A stretch of DNA of 32,000 bases from Candidatus Arthromitus sp. SFB-rat-Yit (GTDB taxonomy: Bacteria > Bacillota > Clostridia > Clostridiales > Clostridiaceae), in the NCBI RefSeq assembly GCF_000283555.1, contig NC_016012.1:1020001-1052000 (forward strand), in the 5' to 3' direction. Below, in pieces: positions 23,262 to 32,000 of this stretch. The position numbers and the translations under genes were made by a program. Within the stretch, counting starts at the first letter, position 1, and the number at the start of each line of letters is the position of its first letter. Under the pieces are notes generated by a model. The model made no database searches. It saw only the letters and a program-made list of their open reading frames with translations, and was not told where the DNA came from.

Positions 23262-26200
23262 TTAATATTTTAATCCCATTCCAACTACCATTTTCATAAA
23301 TTCTTCTTCATTAATCATTCTATCCACCACGTGTTTCTTTGCATTAAATACATCTCCATTTGCATTTACAAGTGATTCATTGTTGTAAAAATCTATCCAG
23401 AATCTCAAACCTTCCTCATCCGGATCTCTATCAACAACTATAGAATAAAGTATTTCAATTAATTTATCTGTGGTATATTCAAGTTCTGAAAACTCTTTTT
23501 CCGCAAACAATAAATTAATCAAAAAATCTCTTGCTCCTATATCTTGATTATTTAATCTATTAATCCAATAATCATAACCAAGTTCGTCAGGGGCTCTTAA
23601 GAATGCTCTATCATACACATTGTATAAAAATGATTGCCTAGGATTCTCAGCTTCGAGGATTATATTTTGTATATTAAATATAATCTCCTTCCCTTCTTCT
23701 ACTACAATTCTAACCTCTATTGAAGGATATTCCTTACCTGGCACAAGTCCTTCAACTCCAATATTTCCATCTTCATTAATTCGAGCAGATATTCCATCTA
23801 TATCACATAATATATCCATCTCTTCTGTCAAACTTATATCTCCGAGATCAGGAATAGGAAATGCAAATTGATTACCTATTCCATCAAATCTTTCAATTTC
23901 AACAGGTTGCTCAAAAATTGTTTCATCTACAGGTTCATTCTTAATAATTTTCTCAACATAAAATTCTGTTTTGCCTGCACCTATTGTAAATTTCTCTGTA
24001 ACAGGTTCTATCATAACAATATAATCTGTATCATCAGTTAAAAATTGATCTAAATTAAAACTTGTAACTGAAATTATATCTGATTCAATAGTATGAATTT
24101 TTACATATTCATCCCCAATTACAATATCAGATTCTTTCTTTTCGTTTGAGGAATCCTCATTTTCTTCACCCTGTTCTGCCTTTTTAACTGTCTTCAAATA
24201 AATGTTTAACTTATCTCCTTCTAAAAACTTTGTATTCTCTCCATAAGACCACTTAAGATCAAACGTACTTTTAGTAAATTCATCTTCATATTTCTCGCCC
24301 TCTTCAACAGTTGGCTTAATTCCTCTATACTCAAGTTCAAAATCTACAAAATAAACTTCATTAAAATATCCATGTGGATTGTAAGAAATCAACAAATCAT
24401 AATCTTTTGTATTATCTGGAATCGTACACTCAAAATCAAATATTTCATTACGACTACCACTAAATATAGAATCACTATTATACTGTTTATGATCTGCCAA
24501 TTTATAGAAAGTATCAACATATATATCTAAATAATCCATAACCACCATATCATTACCAAAATCAGTTTTTATTCTAAGTGTGTTACCTTTCATGGAATCT
24601 ATCCTACAATTACTAAATTCTAATTTCTTTGTTCTAAACTGCATTGTTTTATCTTCAATATCATTTGCTTTCGTTTTATACGTAAGAAGAACATCATAAT
24701 CCATATCTGGCAATACAGGAAGTATATTAAATTTCGTTAAATCTTCTAACTTATTACTCTCACCATGGAATGAAATTATATTAGGTTCTTTAGGATACTT
24801 ATTATCACTTCGCTTCTTTACATATATTTCTACATAATCTCCATTTGCAAATATATAATCTTGTGGAGCTGCAATATTTAAAATTGCATAATACTCTGTC
24901 GTACTTTCTAATTTTATAGACGCATCTGCATGCGTTGTTTTAAATTCCACAGTCTTTTCAAATTTAACATTACTTATTGTGTAAACAAGCTTAGCTGTAT
25001 AATCCATATCCATATAAGTTACAGTCCCATCACCTTTAAACACTCCGCTAACCTCAGAACCAACTTTTGAAAATGAAGATCCTGCAGGATATCCATTAAC
25101 AATCTTTCTTTTAATATAAATCTCAACTTTATCTTTCTCATCAAAAGTCGTAGGTTCTCCAGATACTTTCCACTCAAAACTTACACTATTTGGTCTAATT
25201 GACGTTGTTTTAAATTCATCTATAGTAAATGAGCTAGTTTTCTGATTTTCAAATGTCTTTTCTAAAGTTTTTCTTTCTTCTGTATTTCTAACACTATATT
25301 TTTTATTAGAGCTTGAAGGTTCTTCTTCTGTTTCCTCTGTTTTTCCTGTTTCTTCAGATGAACCTCCACCTTCTACTGTTCCAGTATTTCCACTATCTTC
25401 TGAACCTTCTGTTCCAGTAGACACATCTTCACTATCTTCTGTTTCTTCTTCATCACCTTCTTCCTCTTCACTGCTGCTATCATCAGATCCTTCACCATTT
25501 TCTTGATTGTCATCACCATTTGAACCATTTCCGTCAGATAAATCTCCATTGCTTCCCGAATCTTCTCCACCTGATTCTGTTCCTCCTCCAGTCGAACCAC
25601 CTCCAGTATCAGATCCGCTTCCAGATCCTCCACTACTACCGTCACCACTTCCAGATTCAATTATAGTATCTTTATCCTTTAGCTCATTTTTTGTCTTAAA
25701 CTCAATCTTAAAATCATATTCTTTCTCTGGAATTAGGTATCCAATGCTCACCTCTTTTATATTTTTCAAATCAATTTGGTTTTCTCCATTACTAGCATGG
25801 ATGTACTCTTTATCAGGCTCACTAGAAAAATTCTTTGCAGAACCATTTCTAAGTTTTTTAAATAATCTTATACTGTCACCTTCTTCAAACGTAAAATCTT
25901 CAGAATACTCAAGCTGAAATATAACTTCATTAACTTTTTTATCTTTAATAGAAACTTTTACCGTATTATTTTGATTGTTAGCTTCCCCAGTATTATTTGT
26001 TTCACCGTTTGAATATGATGTACCTTCAGATTGTGTTCTAACAAGTGCATTATTTTTTAAATCACCATAGCTTACATATTCTTTTCCATCTATATCATAA
26101 ACAAATTTAAAATCATATTCTTTGTTTATATCTCTCCCCAAATTTAAAATACAAGATCCCAATCTGCTTAAATCTCTATTTGCATAAAATTGCGAATCAT

Positions 26201-27677
26201 TTGGATATTCCGAATCATTCTTTTCTTTAATAAAAACTTTTAATGAATCATTACTCCCAAATCTAAAATTAGGCTCAGTTATTTCCCATCTAAGTTTAAC
26301 ATTTAAATTTCCATCACTATCAACTATAGGCTTGGCACTAATATTTTTAATTTCAAATGGAAGAGTTCTGAAAGTTTCATTTTTAATTATCAAAGATTCA
26401 TCATATGAATTTAAAATTTCATAATCAATACTATATTCTGTATTCGTTTTCAAATTTTTATAATCAACACTATTTCCCTGAATTTGATCTTTTAAATCTA
26501 TAGACCTAACTTTCTTTCTGGATAATTTATCATCCTTCTCCTCAATATAAATGTTTAACCTATCCCCGGATTTAAAATTTAAATTTTTAATGAAATCAAA
26601 TTGTATAAATAAATCTCTTAAATTTTTTATCTTAATATCCGTATTAAGATTATAACAATCATTAGTCTGACCTATCTCTTTTTCAATAACTCCATCTCCA
26701 AACTTATAAGCAAGCTTTATATCATAAATAGGGGATAATTCTTTTAATTCAATAACAGTTGAGTTAACCTTTTCATCATTTATTCTAATATCTGGATCAA
26801 CTGAATAATTTATATCACCCTTACCTTTGATATAAATATTAATTGAATCATTATTGATAAATTTAAAATTATTTGATGTGACATCCCATTTTAATTCAAG
26901 CTGATTATTATTAATCATTTTTGAACTCATATCCAAAATATCAAAATCTTTAGTCTTTATATGCTTATCAAATACTAAATTAACATTATCCTTTAAATTA
27001 ATGACATATCTGATATCATATGTGGTAGATGGATGTAACGAAATATTATTAAACTTAAAAATATTTCTGAGATTATTTATTTCCTTCTTTGATTTCTTTA
27101 TATGAAAGTCAAATCTATCTTCTTTACCTTCATCTCCAAATTTTTTACCATAAAGCTCAATTCCATTTATAAAAATCAGATTCTTTTTATCATATTTAAA
27201 CATAACATCACAAGTATTAATTCCAATATTATTAACGTCAAAACTATTGTTTAAATATTTAAACTTCGAAACTTGATTAATTGTTTTAAATGATGATCTA
27301 TCAATTAATGAAATTTTTATCTCATACCCAGTACCATCTTCTAACTTGTCATATATAAAAAATCGTTTATCAATTTCATTAATTTTAATTTCATTTCCAG
27401 AAATCAAATCTTTTAAACTAACTTTATTAATTTCATATCCAAATGCATCATCTACTACAATTTCAACAAAATTTCCACTCTCAACTATGTAAATAGGAAC
27501 ATCTATTTTATCCAGTGTATAACTTACTTTAATGCATAAATTCAAACACAATATTACAAAAAAAACAAACCTAATCATCATTTTAAATAAACTCTTCACA
27601 CAAACTAACCCCCTACCGAATTTATTAAAAGCATAGATATTAGTTTTAAAAATTTTTAATAATTTATTCATATTCAC
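23262..27677 (-). CDS. Giant exported repeat protein: about 8 Fn3-like repeats, an acidic G/S/D/E spacer and a C-terminal tandem DUF4214 pair
   Basis: The longest ORF is 1471 aa. The probable real start is GTG 27599, 9 nt after AGGGGG, giving MKSLFKMMIRFVFFVILCLNLCIKV. Repeats of about 100 aa are delimited by F-[KR]-T and carry [LF]x[WF]...F..GD.[IL].[IV]Y[IV]K and a tyrosine-corner-like YD[FIVL]x[LIF]xY. The C-terminus is YDRAFLRAPDELGYDYWINRL...VVDRDPDEEGLRFWIDF. Confidence 0.85.
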   Translation of the reverse strand: MNMNKLLKIFKTNIYAFNKFGRGLVCVKSLFKMMIRFVFFVILCLNLCIKVSYTLDKIDVPIYIVESGNFVEIVVDDAFGYEINKVSLKDLISGNEIKINEIDKRFFIYDKLEDGTGYEIKISLIDRSSFKTINQVSKFKYLNNSFDVNNIGINTCDVMFKYDKKNLIFINGIELYGKKFGDEGKEDRFDFHIKKSKKEINNLRNIFKFNNISLHPSTTYDIRYVINLKDNVNLVFDKHIKTKDFDILDMSSKMINNNQLELKWDVTSNNFKFINNDSINIYIKGKGDINYSVDPDIRINDEKVNSTVIELKELSPIYDIKLAYKFGDGVIEKEIGQTNDCYNLNTDIKIKNLRDLFIQFDFIKNLNFKSGDRLNIYIEEKDDKLSRKKVRSIDLKDQIQGNSVDYKNLKTNTEYSIDYEILNSYDESLIIKNETFRTLPFEIKNISAKPIVDSDGNLNVKLRWEITEPNFRFGSNDSLKVFIKEKNDSEYPNDSQFYANRDLSRLGSCILNLGRDINKEYDFKFVYDIDGKEYVSYGDLKNNALVRTQSEGTSYSNGETNNTGEANNQNNTVKVSIKDKKVNEVIFQLEYSEDFTFEEGDSIRLFKKLRNGSAKNFSSEPDKEYIHASNGENQIDLKNIKEVSIGYLIPEKEYDFKIEFKTKNELKDKDTIIESGSGDGSSGGSGSGSDTGGGSTGGGTESGGEDSGSNGDLSDGNGSNGDDNQENGEGSDDSSSEEEEGDEEETEDSEDVSTGTEGSEDSGNTGTVEGGGSSEETGKTEETEEEPSSSNKKYSVRNTEERKTLEKTFENQKTSSFTIDEFKTTSIRPNSVSFEWKVSGEPTTFDEKDKVEIYIKRKIVNGYPAGSSFSKVGSEVSGVFKGDGTVTYMDMDYTAKLVYTISNVKFEKTVEFKTTHADASIKLESTTEYYAILNIAAPQDYIFANGDYVEIYVKKRSDNKYPKEPNIISFHGESNKLEDLTKFNILPVLPDMDYDVLLTYKTKANDIEDKTMQFRTKKLEFSNCRIDSMKGNTLRIKTDFGNDMVVMDYLDIYVDTFYKLADHKQYNSDSIFSGSRNEIFDFECTIPDNTKDYDLLISYNPHGYFNEVYFVDFELEYRGIKPTVEEGEKYEDEFTKSTFDLKWSYGENTKFLEGDKLNIYLKTVKKAEQGEENEDSSNEKKESDIVIGDEYVKIHTIESDIISVTSFNLDQFLTDDTDYIVMIEPVTEKFTIGAGKTEFYVEKIIKNEPVDETIFEQPVEIERFDGIGNQFAFPIPDLGDISLTEEMDILCDIDGISARINEDGNIGVEGLVPGKEYPSIEVRIVVEEGKEIIFNIQNIILEAENPRQSFLYNVYDRAFLRAPDELGYDYWINRLNNQDIGARDFLINLLFAEKEFSELEYTTDKLIEILYSIVVDRDPDEEGLRFWIDFYNNESLVNANGDVFNAKKHVVDRMINEEEFMKMVVGMGLKY

Positions 27678-27717
27678 AAAAAAAGAGAGCCTAAAACCAA
27701 ATGGTCAAAGCTCTCTT
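27678..27717 (-). terminator. Terminator of the substrate-binding protein gene
   Basis: AAGAGAGC/GCTCTCTT forms an 8-bp stem with a 19-nt loop that has internal pairing, followed by T7 on the - strand. Confidence 0.5.
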
Positions 27718-27721
27718 AATT

Positions 27722-29194
27722 TTATGTTATATCATCTATTATGATAGTACCATTTCCATCAATGTTATTACCTAAATTTTTATTTGATAATATCAAATTA
27801 GGCTTATCAAAATTTATAGTTTTTATATCTGATTTAATATCTTCGTTAGAAATTAAAATATCATAATCATCTTTAGTTAAAACATTTTTTATATAATCCT
27901 CATCAAACGCAATAACATTACTTGATAAATTAAACTCCTCATATAGAAAATTTTTCAAATTCCTCGCAAGTTCTATATAGTTGTCATCAGAATAAGTAAC
28001 AATCTTTAAATTCATCTTATCTTCAAAATTATATTTTTCAAACTCTTTTTTCAAATACTCTGTATTAAATTTGTACTTATTTAAACCATCTCCAGTAATG
28101 CCATTTATATGTCTTATATCTTTAACATCAACTATAAAATTTAAAAAGTTCCCTTTATCAATCTTATTATCTTCAATTTTAACTATATTTCCTTCTTCAT
28201 CTTTCTGCTCATCTTCAATTTTTGTTGAAACCTCTGCACTCCCATCATCAACATCCAACTCATCATTTATATACTCATCTAAATCAAAACTCATTTTTGA
28301 CTCTTCATTATGTACATAATAAATTTGATCAGAATCAAAATAATCTGAAACACAATTGTATGCCATATCAAGTACAAAATTTAATTTACCCGATTTATAA
28401 GATTCAAGAGCAAATTCACGAGTTGGAAATACTTCAATCACAACTTCCCTATCTTTAAGCACAGAATATAACTTTCCGTTTACTGCCTTGTAATTATTCA
28501 AATAGTAGTATTCATTTGGTGATAATACTATTTGCAAATTACCATTATAATCCTCCTTAACAGAAGATATTTTATATGCTCCCGAATAAGATATGTACTC
28601 ATAAAAATCTTTGTAATTATATAAATATTTAAAATTCTCTCTCAAAGAAAATTTGTCCTTTGTTAAATTTTTCAAAAACATTTCATCTCTTTGTTTAAGT
28701 TTAATAACAAGAACATCATCTTTTAAAGCTTCAATACCAACTTGTTCAAAAAGTATGTTCCCTTTATAGTATTCCTCCACACCAACAATAAACTTCAATT
28801 CATCATAATAAAATTTATCTTTGTCTTTATCTAAAATATCTTTGAAAAAATTCACAAAATCTTGAGATCTTATTGGATTTCCTGTACTCATGTACGCATC
28901 ATTTCTTATATAAAATCTATACTCAAGTCCATCACTAGAAACCGTATATCTTTCTGCAATCCCAGATGAAATATTTCCATCAGCTGTAAGATTCACAAGA
29001 CCTTCAAACAAATTTCCAAGCATAACATTACTAACGTAATCATCATTAGAAAGATAAACCAAATTTTCAGGAATATTTACAACTCCAATACTCAAACTTG
29101 GTTTATCCAAAATAATATCTTTTTCTTGAAAAATATTAAACACTAAATTAAAAACTAGAAAGGCTATTAATAAAATTATCTTAATTACCCTCAT
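27722..29194 (-). CDS. Family-5 (OppA/peptide-nickel type) solute-binding protein homolog, membrane anchored, with no transporter partner in the window
   Basis: The N-terminal lobe pattern is LGNLFEGLVNLTADGNISSGIAERYTVSSDGLEYRFYIRNDAYMSTGNPIRSQDFVNFF. The N-terminal hydrophobic anchor is MRVIKIILLIAFLVFNLVF. No permease or ATPase genes are adjacent. Confidence 0.65.
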   Translation of the reverse strand: MRVIKIILLIAFLVFNLVFNIFQEKDIILDKPSLSIGVVNIPENLVYLSNDDYVSNVMLGNLFEGLVNLTADGNISSGIAERYTVSSDGLEYRFYIRNDAYMSTGNPIRSQDFVNFFKDILDKDKDKFYYDELKFIVGVEEYYKGNILFEQVGIEALKDDVLVIKLKQRDEMFLKNLTKDKFSLRENFKYLYNYKDFYEYISYSGAYKISSVKEDYNGNLQIVLSPNEYYYLNNYKAVNGKLYSVLKDREVVIEVFPTREFALESYKSGKLNFVLDMAYNCVSDYFDSDQIYYVHNEESKMSFDLDEYINDELDVDDGSAEVSTKIEDEQKDEEGNIVKIEDNKIDKGNFLNFIVDVKDIRHINGITGDGLNKYKFNTEYLKKEFEKYNFEDKMNLKIVTYSDDNYIELARNLKNFLYEEFNLSSNVIAFDEDYIKNVLTKDDYDILISNEDIKSDIKTINFDKPNLILSNKNLGNNIDGNGTIIIDDIT

Positions 29195-29247
29195 AAAACA
29201 CCTACTAAAATTTTAAAATATATAAGGATAATTCCATATTTTGTATT

Positions 29248-31227
29248 TTATATTCCTAGTTTTTTAGTAATCTTATTAAATTCATCTTCAGAAATTGTAT
29301 TTACATTTAATTCCTGTGCCTTCAATAATTTGCTCCCAGAATTTTCACCATATATCACATAATCAGTCTTTTTACTAACAGAATCTGAAATTATAGCACC
29401 AAATCTTTCTAAAAGATCCTTAATCTCTTTTCTCGATAAATTTTGAATCGTTCCCGTAACAACAACTCTCTTCCCGTTAAATAAATTATCTTTTACTTCA
29501 ACATCTTTTTCATATTTAAACTTTATTCCAAGTTCAATTAATCTTTTAATCTCTTCCTTTACTCCCTCATTATTCAAAAATTTAAATATATCATCTAAAA
29601 TAACGTCACCAATTCCATATATTTTATCAAGTTCTTCACGACTCACATTCATTATTTTATCAAGCGTCTTAAACTCTTTTACTATGTCCTTTGAAGTTTT
29701 AAGTCCAACATTTTTAATACCAAGTGCATAAATAAAATTATACAAATTACATTCTTTACTCTTATTAATAGACCTTAAAATATTATTTGCCTTCTTCTCC
29801 TTAACTTTATCAAGGGTCACAAGATCTTCAAATGTTATCTTATAAAGATCAGAGATCCTTTTGACGCATAATTTTTCATAAAATTGTTCAGCAAGTTTTT
29901 CACTGAAACCTTCAATATTCATCGCATCTCTCGAAGCAAAGTGGACAATAGACTTAATAATTTGAGGTCTACAAGAAATTGTGTTTGTACAATAAAGATG
30001 TACTCCTTCACGACTTAAAGGAAACTTACACGAAGGACAAACATCCGGTATATCTATCTCTTTCAAATTTCCGCAAGAAAAACCTTTAATAATCTCCGGA
30101 ATAACATCATTTGATCTCCTAATTAATACATCGCAATTAAGTTTAACATTTTTTCTAACAATATCATCTATGTTGTTTAACGTCGCACGCTTTATTGTTA
30201 TTCCCGAAATATCAACAGGTTCAAGTATTGCTGTTGGTGAAACCCTTCCACTTCGTCCAACATTCCACTCTACGTTAATAAGTTTTGTTTTCACTTCTTC
30301 AGCTTCAAATTTATATGCTATAGAAAATTTTGGATGTTTAACCGTATATCCCAGTATTTCTCGTAAATTCAGCTCATTTATAGAAACCACGACACCATCA
30401 ATATCATAATTTAAATTTTCCCTTAATGACTCGATCCTTTTTATTTCTTCCTTGACCTCATCAATTGTATTACACAATTTAAATTCAGGACACTTGAACT
30501 TATTGTGACTTAAAAAATTTAATATTTCAAAATATGTAGAAAATTTTCCATCATTATAATATGCAACATCATAAATAAATGTATTTAGTTTCCTCTTCTT
30601 CGTTTCACTCACATCTAAATTTCTCAAAGCTCCTGCTGCACCATTTCTTAGATTTTTAAGAGGTGTATCTGAGGTCTTATTATATTTTTCAAACTCATCT
30701 TTGGTCATTATGACCTCTCCACGTATTTCAAAATTTCCCATGTCATCTATTGATAATGGTATACTTTTTATAGTTTTTGCTTGCTCTGTTACATTCTCCC
30801 CAATCTCACCTGTTCCTCTTGTAGCTGCCTTTATAAATTCCCCGTTTTCATAAACAAGATTTATACTTACTCCATCAAATTTTTGTACAACTATATATGA
30901 ATGGGGATTTAAATTATTTTCATTTGACAGATTTATATTTTTCTTGTGCCACATATCTAAACTTTCAAATGATGTAACCTTATCAAGACTCCACATTCTC
31001 GCTTTATGTACTGACTTTTCAAATTTATCTAAAATTATATCTCCAACTCTTTGAGTGGGCGAATTTTTCAAGACATAGTTACTCTCTTTTTCAAGCTTCT
31101 TAAGTTCATCATAAAGCTTATCATATTCCTTATCCTCAATTTTAGGATTATCAAGAACATAGTACTCATAAGAACATTCATTCAAATATAGGACAAGTTC
31201 GTGTATCCTTTTTATTTTATATTCCAA
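29248..31227 (-). CDS. ligA: NAD-dependent DNA ligase
   Basis: 659 aa with the adenylation motif KFDGVS, an OB fold, a four-Cys zinc finger (CPSC...CTNTISC), HhH repeats and a C-terminal BRCT domain. TTG start after GGAGAGGGGA. Confidence 0.97.
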   Translation of the reverse strand: MEYKIKRIHELVLYLNECSYEYYVLDNPKIEDKEYDKLYDELKKLEKESNYVLKNSPTQRVGDIILDKFEKSVHKARMWSLDKVTSFESLDMWHKKNINLSNENNLNPHSYIVVQKFDGVSINLVYENGEFIKAATRGTGEIGENVTEQAKTIKSIPLSIDDMGNFEIRGEVIMTKDEFEKYNKTSDTPLKNLRNGAAGALRNLDVSETKKRKLNTFIYDVAYYNDGKFSTYFEILNFLSHNKFKCPEFKLCNTIDEVKEEIKRIESLRENLNYDIDGVVVSINELNLREILGYTVKHPKFSIAYKFEAEEVKTKLINVEWNVGRSGRVSPTAILEPVDISGITIKRATLNNIDDIVRKNVKLNCDVLIRRSNDVIPEIIKGFSCGNLKEIDIPDVCPSCKFPLSREGVHLYCTNTISCRPQIIKSIVHFASRDAMNIEGFSEKLAEQFYEKLCVKRISDLYKITFEDLVTLDKVKEKKANNILRSINKSKECNLYNFIYALGIKNVGLKTSKDIVKEFKTLDKIMNVSREELDKIYGIGDVILDDIFKFLNNEGVKEEIKRLIELGIKFKYEKDVEVKDNLFNGKRVVVTGTIQNLSRKEIKDLLERFGAIISDSVSKKTDYVIYGENSGSKLLKAQELNVNTISEDEFNKITKKLGI

Positions 31228-31245
31228 AAATCCCCTCTCCTAATC

Positions 31246-32000
31246 TTAAATAAATTCAATCGGTGCATTATTCAATCCAAGTTTCTTAATTCCATTATTA
31301 TCAAAAGCAACCACAATTTTTGGACTTTCGGTATCCTCCTCAACTCTAACGATCACACCCAAACCAAAATTTTTGTGTTTGATCTTCATTCCCGCTCTAA
31401 CATCATCTTTTGAAACATTATTATATTTTTTGGGAGAATCACTAACAAGTGGATTATAATTAAATTTCCCAAAACTTTTTGATGGCATAGACTCACAAAT
31501 ATTAATTTCTTCACCCCTAAAATCAATATTTAATAATAAATTACTTGGAACTTCTCCCAAAAATTTAGATTTAGTTCTAAACCCTGTTTCACCATAAACC
31601 ATTCTCATGTTTGCATATGTAAAATAAAGTATATCTTTCGCTCTTGTTATTCCAACATAGCAAAGCCTTCTTGATTCTTCCATTTCATCAATATCATCAA
31701 AGCACTTATTACTTGGAAAAATTCCATTTTCCATACCAACCATAAACACAACAGGAAATTCCAATCCTTTCGAAGAATGAATTGTCATAAGTGTAATTGA
31801 AGAAGATTTTTCATCATATTTATCAATTTCACTAACAAGCATAATATTTTCAAGAAAATCTTCAATATTTCCATCAATATTCAATTGTTCAAAATTAACA
31901 GCCGCATTTATAAACTCCTGAATATTTTCAAAACGTGTATCTATATCAGAATCCTTAGATTTTTTTAAAGCATCAATATATCCAATTTTATCAATCATTA
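31246..32000 (-). CDS. pcrA: ATP-dependent DNA helicase PcrA/UvrD, C-terminal part (the gene continues beyond the right edge)
   Basis: It carries late SF1 helicase motifs (LMTIHSSKGLEFPVVFMVGMENGIFPS and RRLCYVGITRAKDILYF). The conserved pcrA-ligA order supports the call. The reading frame is open to the window edge. Confidence 0.93.
   Translation of the reverse strand, partial: MIDKIGYIDALKKSKDSDIDTRFENIQEFINAAVNFEQLNIDGNIEDFLENIMLVSEIDKYDEKSSSITLMTIHSSKGLEFPVVFMVGMENGIFPSNKCFDDIDEMEESRRLCYVGITRAKDILYFTYANMRMVYGETGFRTKSKFLGEVPSNLLLNIDFRGEEINICESMPSKSFGKFNYNPLVSDSPKKYNNVSKDDVRAGMKIKHKNFGLGVIVRVEEDTESPKIVVAFDNNGIKKLGLNNAPIEFI

Noticed and set aside
25373-25917. ORFs 25373..25660 (-) and 25507..25917 (+) overlap the acidic spacer of the giant gene.
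   Set aside because: They are alternative-frame readings of GAA/GAT/GGT-rich repeats and are nested in the 1471-aa ORF.
1-32000. I searched for LPXTG sortase signals, SLH, CWB2, LysM or choline-binding repeats in the surface proteins. I also searched for tRNA, rRNA, toxin-antitoxin and phage or transposon genes.
   Set aside because: I found none by eye in any of the translated ORFs or intergenic regions. Every intergenic region is short and is explained by promoters or terminators.

Overview
The window is very AT-rich and gene-dense, and looks like a low-GC Firmicute of the Clostridia type. Supporting signs are pcrA-ligA synteny, the acetyl-branch DAP gene dapH, a reverse rubrerythrin, a PdaB-like deacetylase and a DUF4364 protein. 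The species cannot be determined from the sequence alone. The housekeeping backbone is an aminotransferase, a CobO-family adenosyltransferase, dapH, an SSB-like protein, valS, recX, an M16 peptidase, rubrerythrin, ligA and the 3' end of pcrA. Two accessory blocks of secreted or surface proteins interrupt it, and I cannot place them in any named family. Block 1 (1..3905, - strand) holds three tandem paralogs with homologous promoter-proximal DNA and a 37-aa signal peptide (KYSGxLxxLS...GGxxAxA). One paralog is a 632-aa mucin-like Ser/Thr protein. Another is split by a G8 homopolymer at the conserved Gly-Gly of the signal peptide, which is a candidate phase-variation switch, or else a pseudogene or assembly error. 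Block 2 (19808..27677) starts with five + strand genes for Ser/Thr/Lys/Arg-rich exported proteins. Four of these form a small family with a glycine-zipper N-terminal anchor and a conserved C-terminal V-x-V-S-T-A-R-K tail, and two of the four sit on a near-perfect 730-bp tandem duplication whose junctions lie in that tail. A convergent 1471-aa repeat protein follows, with about 8 Fn3-like repeats, an acidic Gly/Ser/Asp/Glu spacer and a C-terminal DUF4214 pair. A tandem DUF4214 pair recurs on three otherwise unrelated exported proteins in the window. I saw no LPXTG, SLH or CWB2 anchors, and no rRNA, tRNA, CRISPR array, transposase or integrase.
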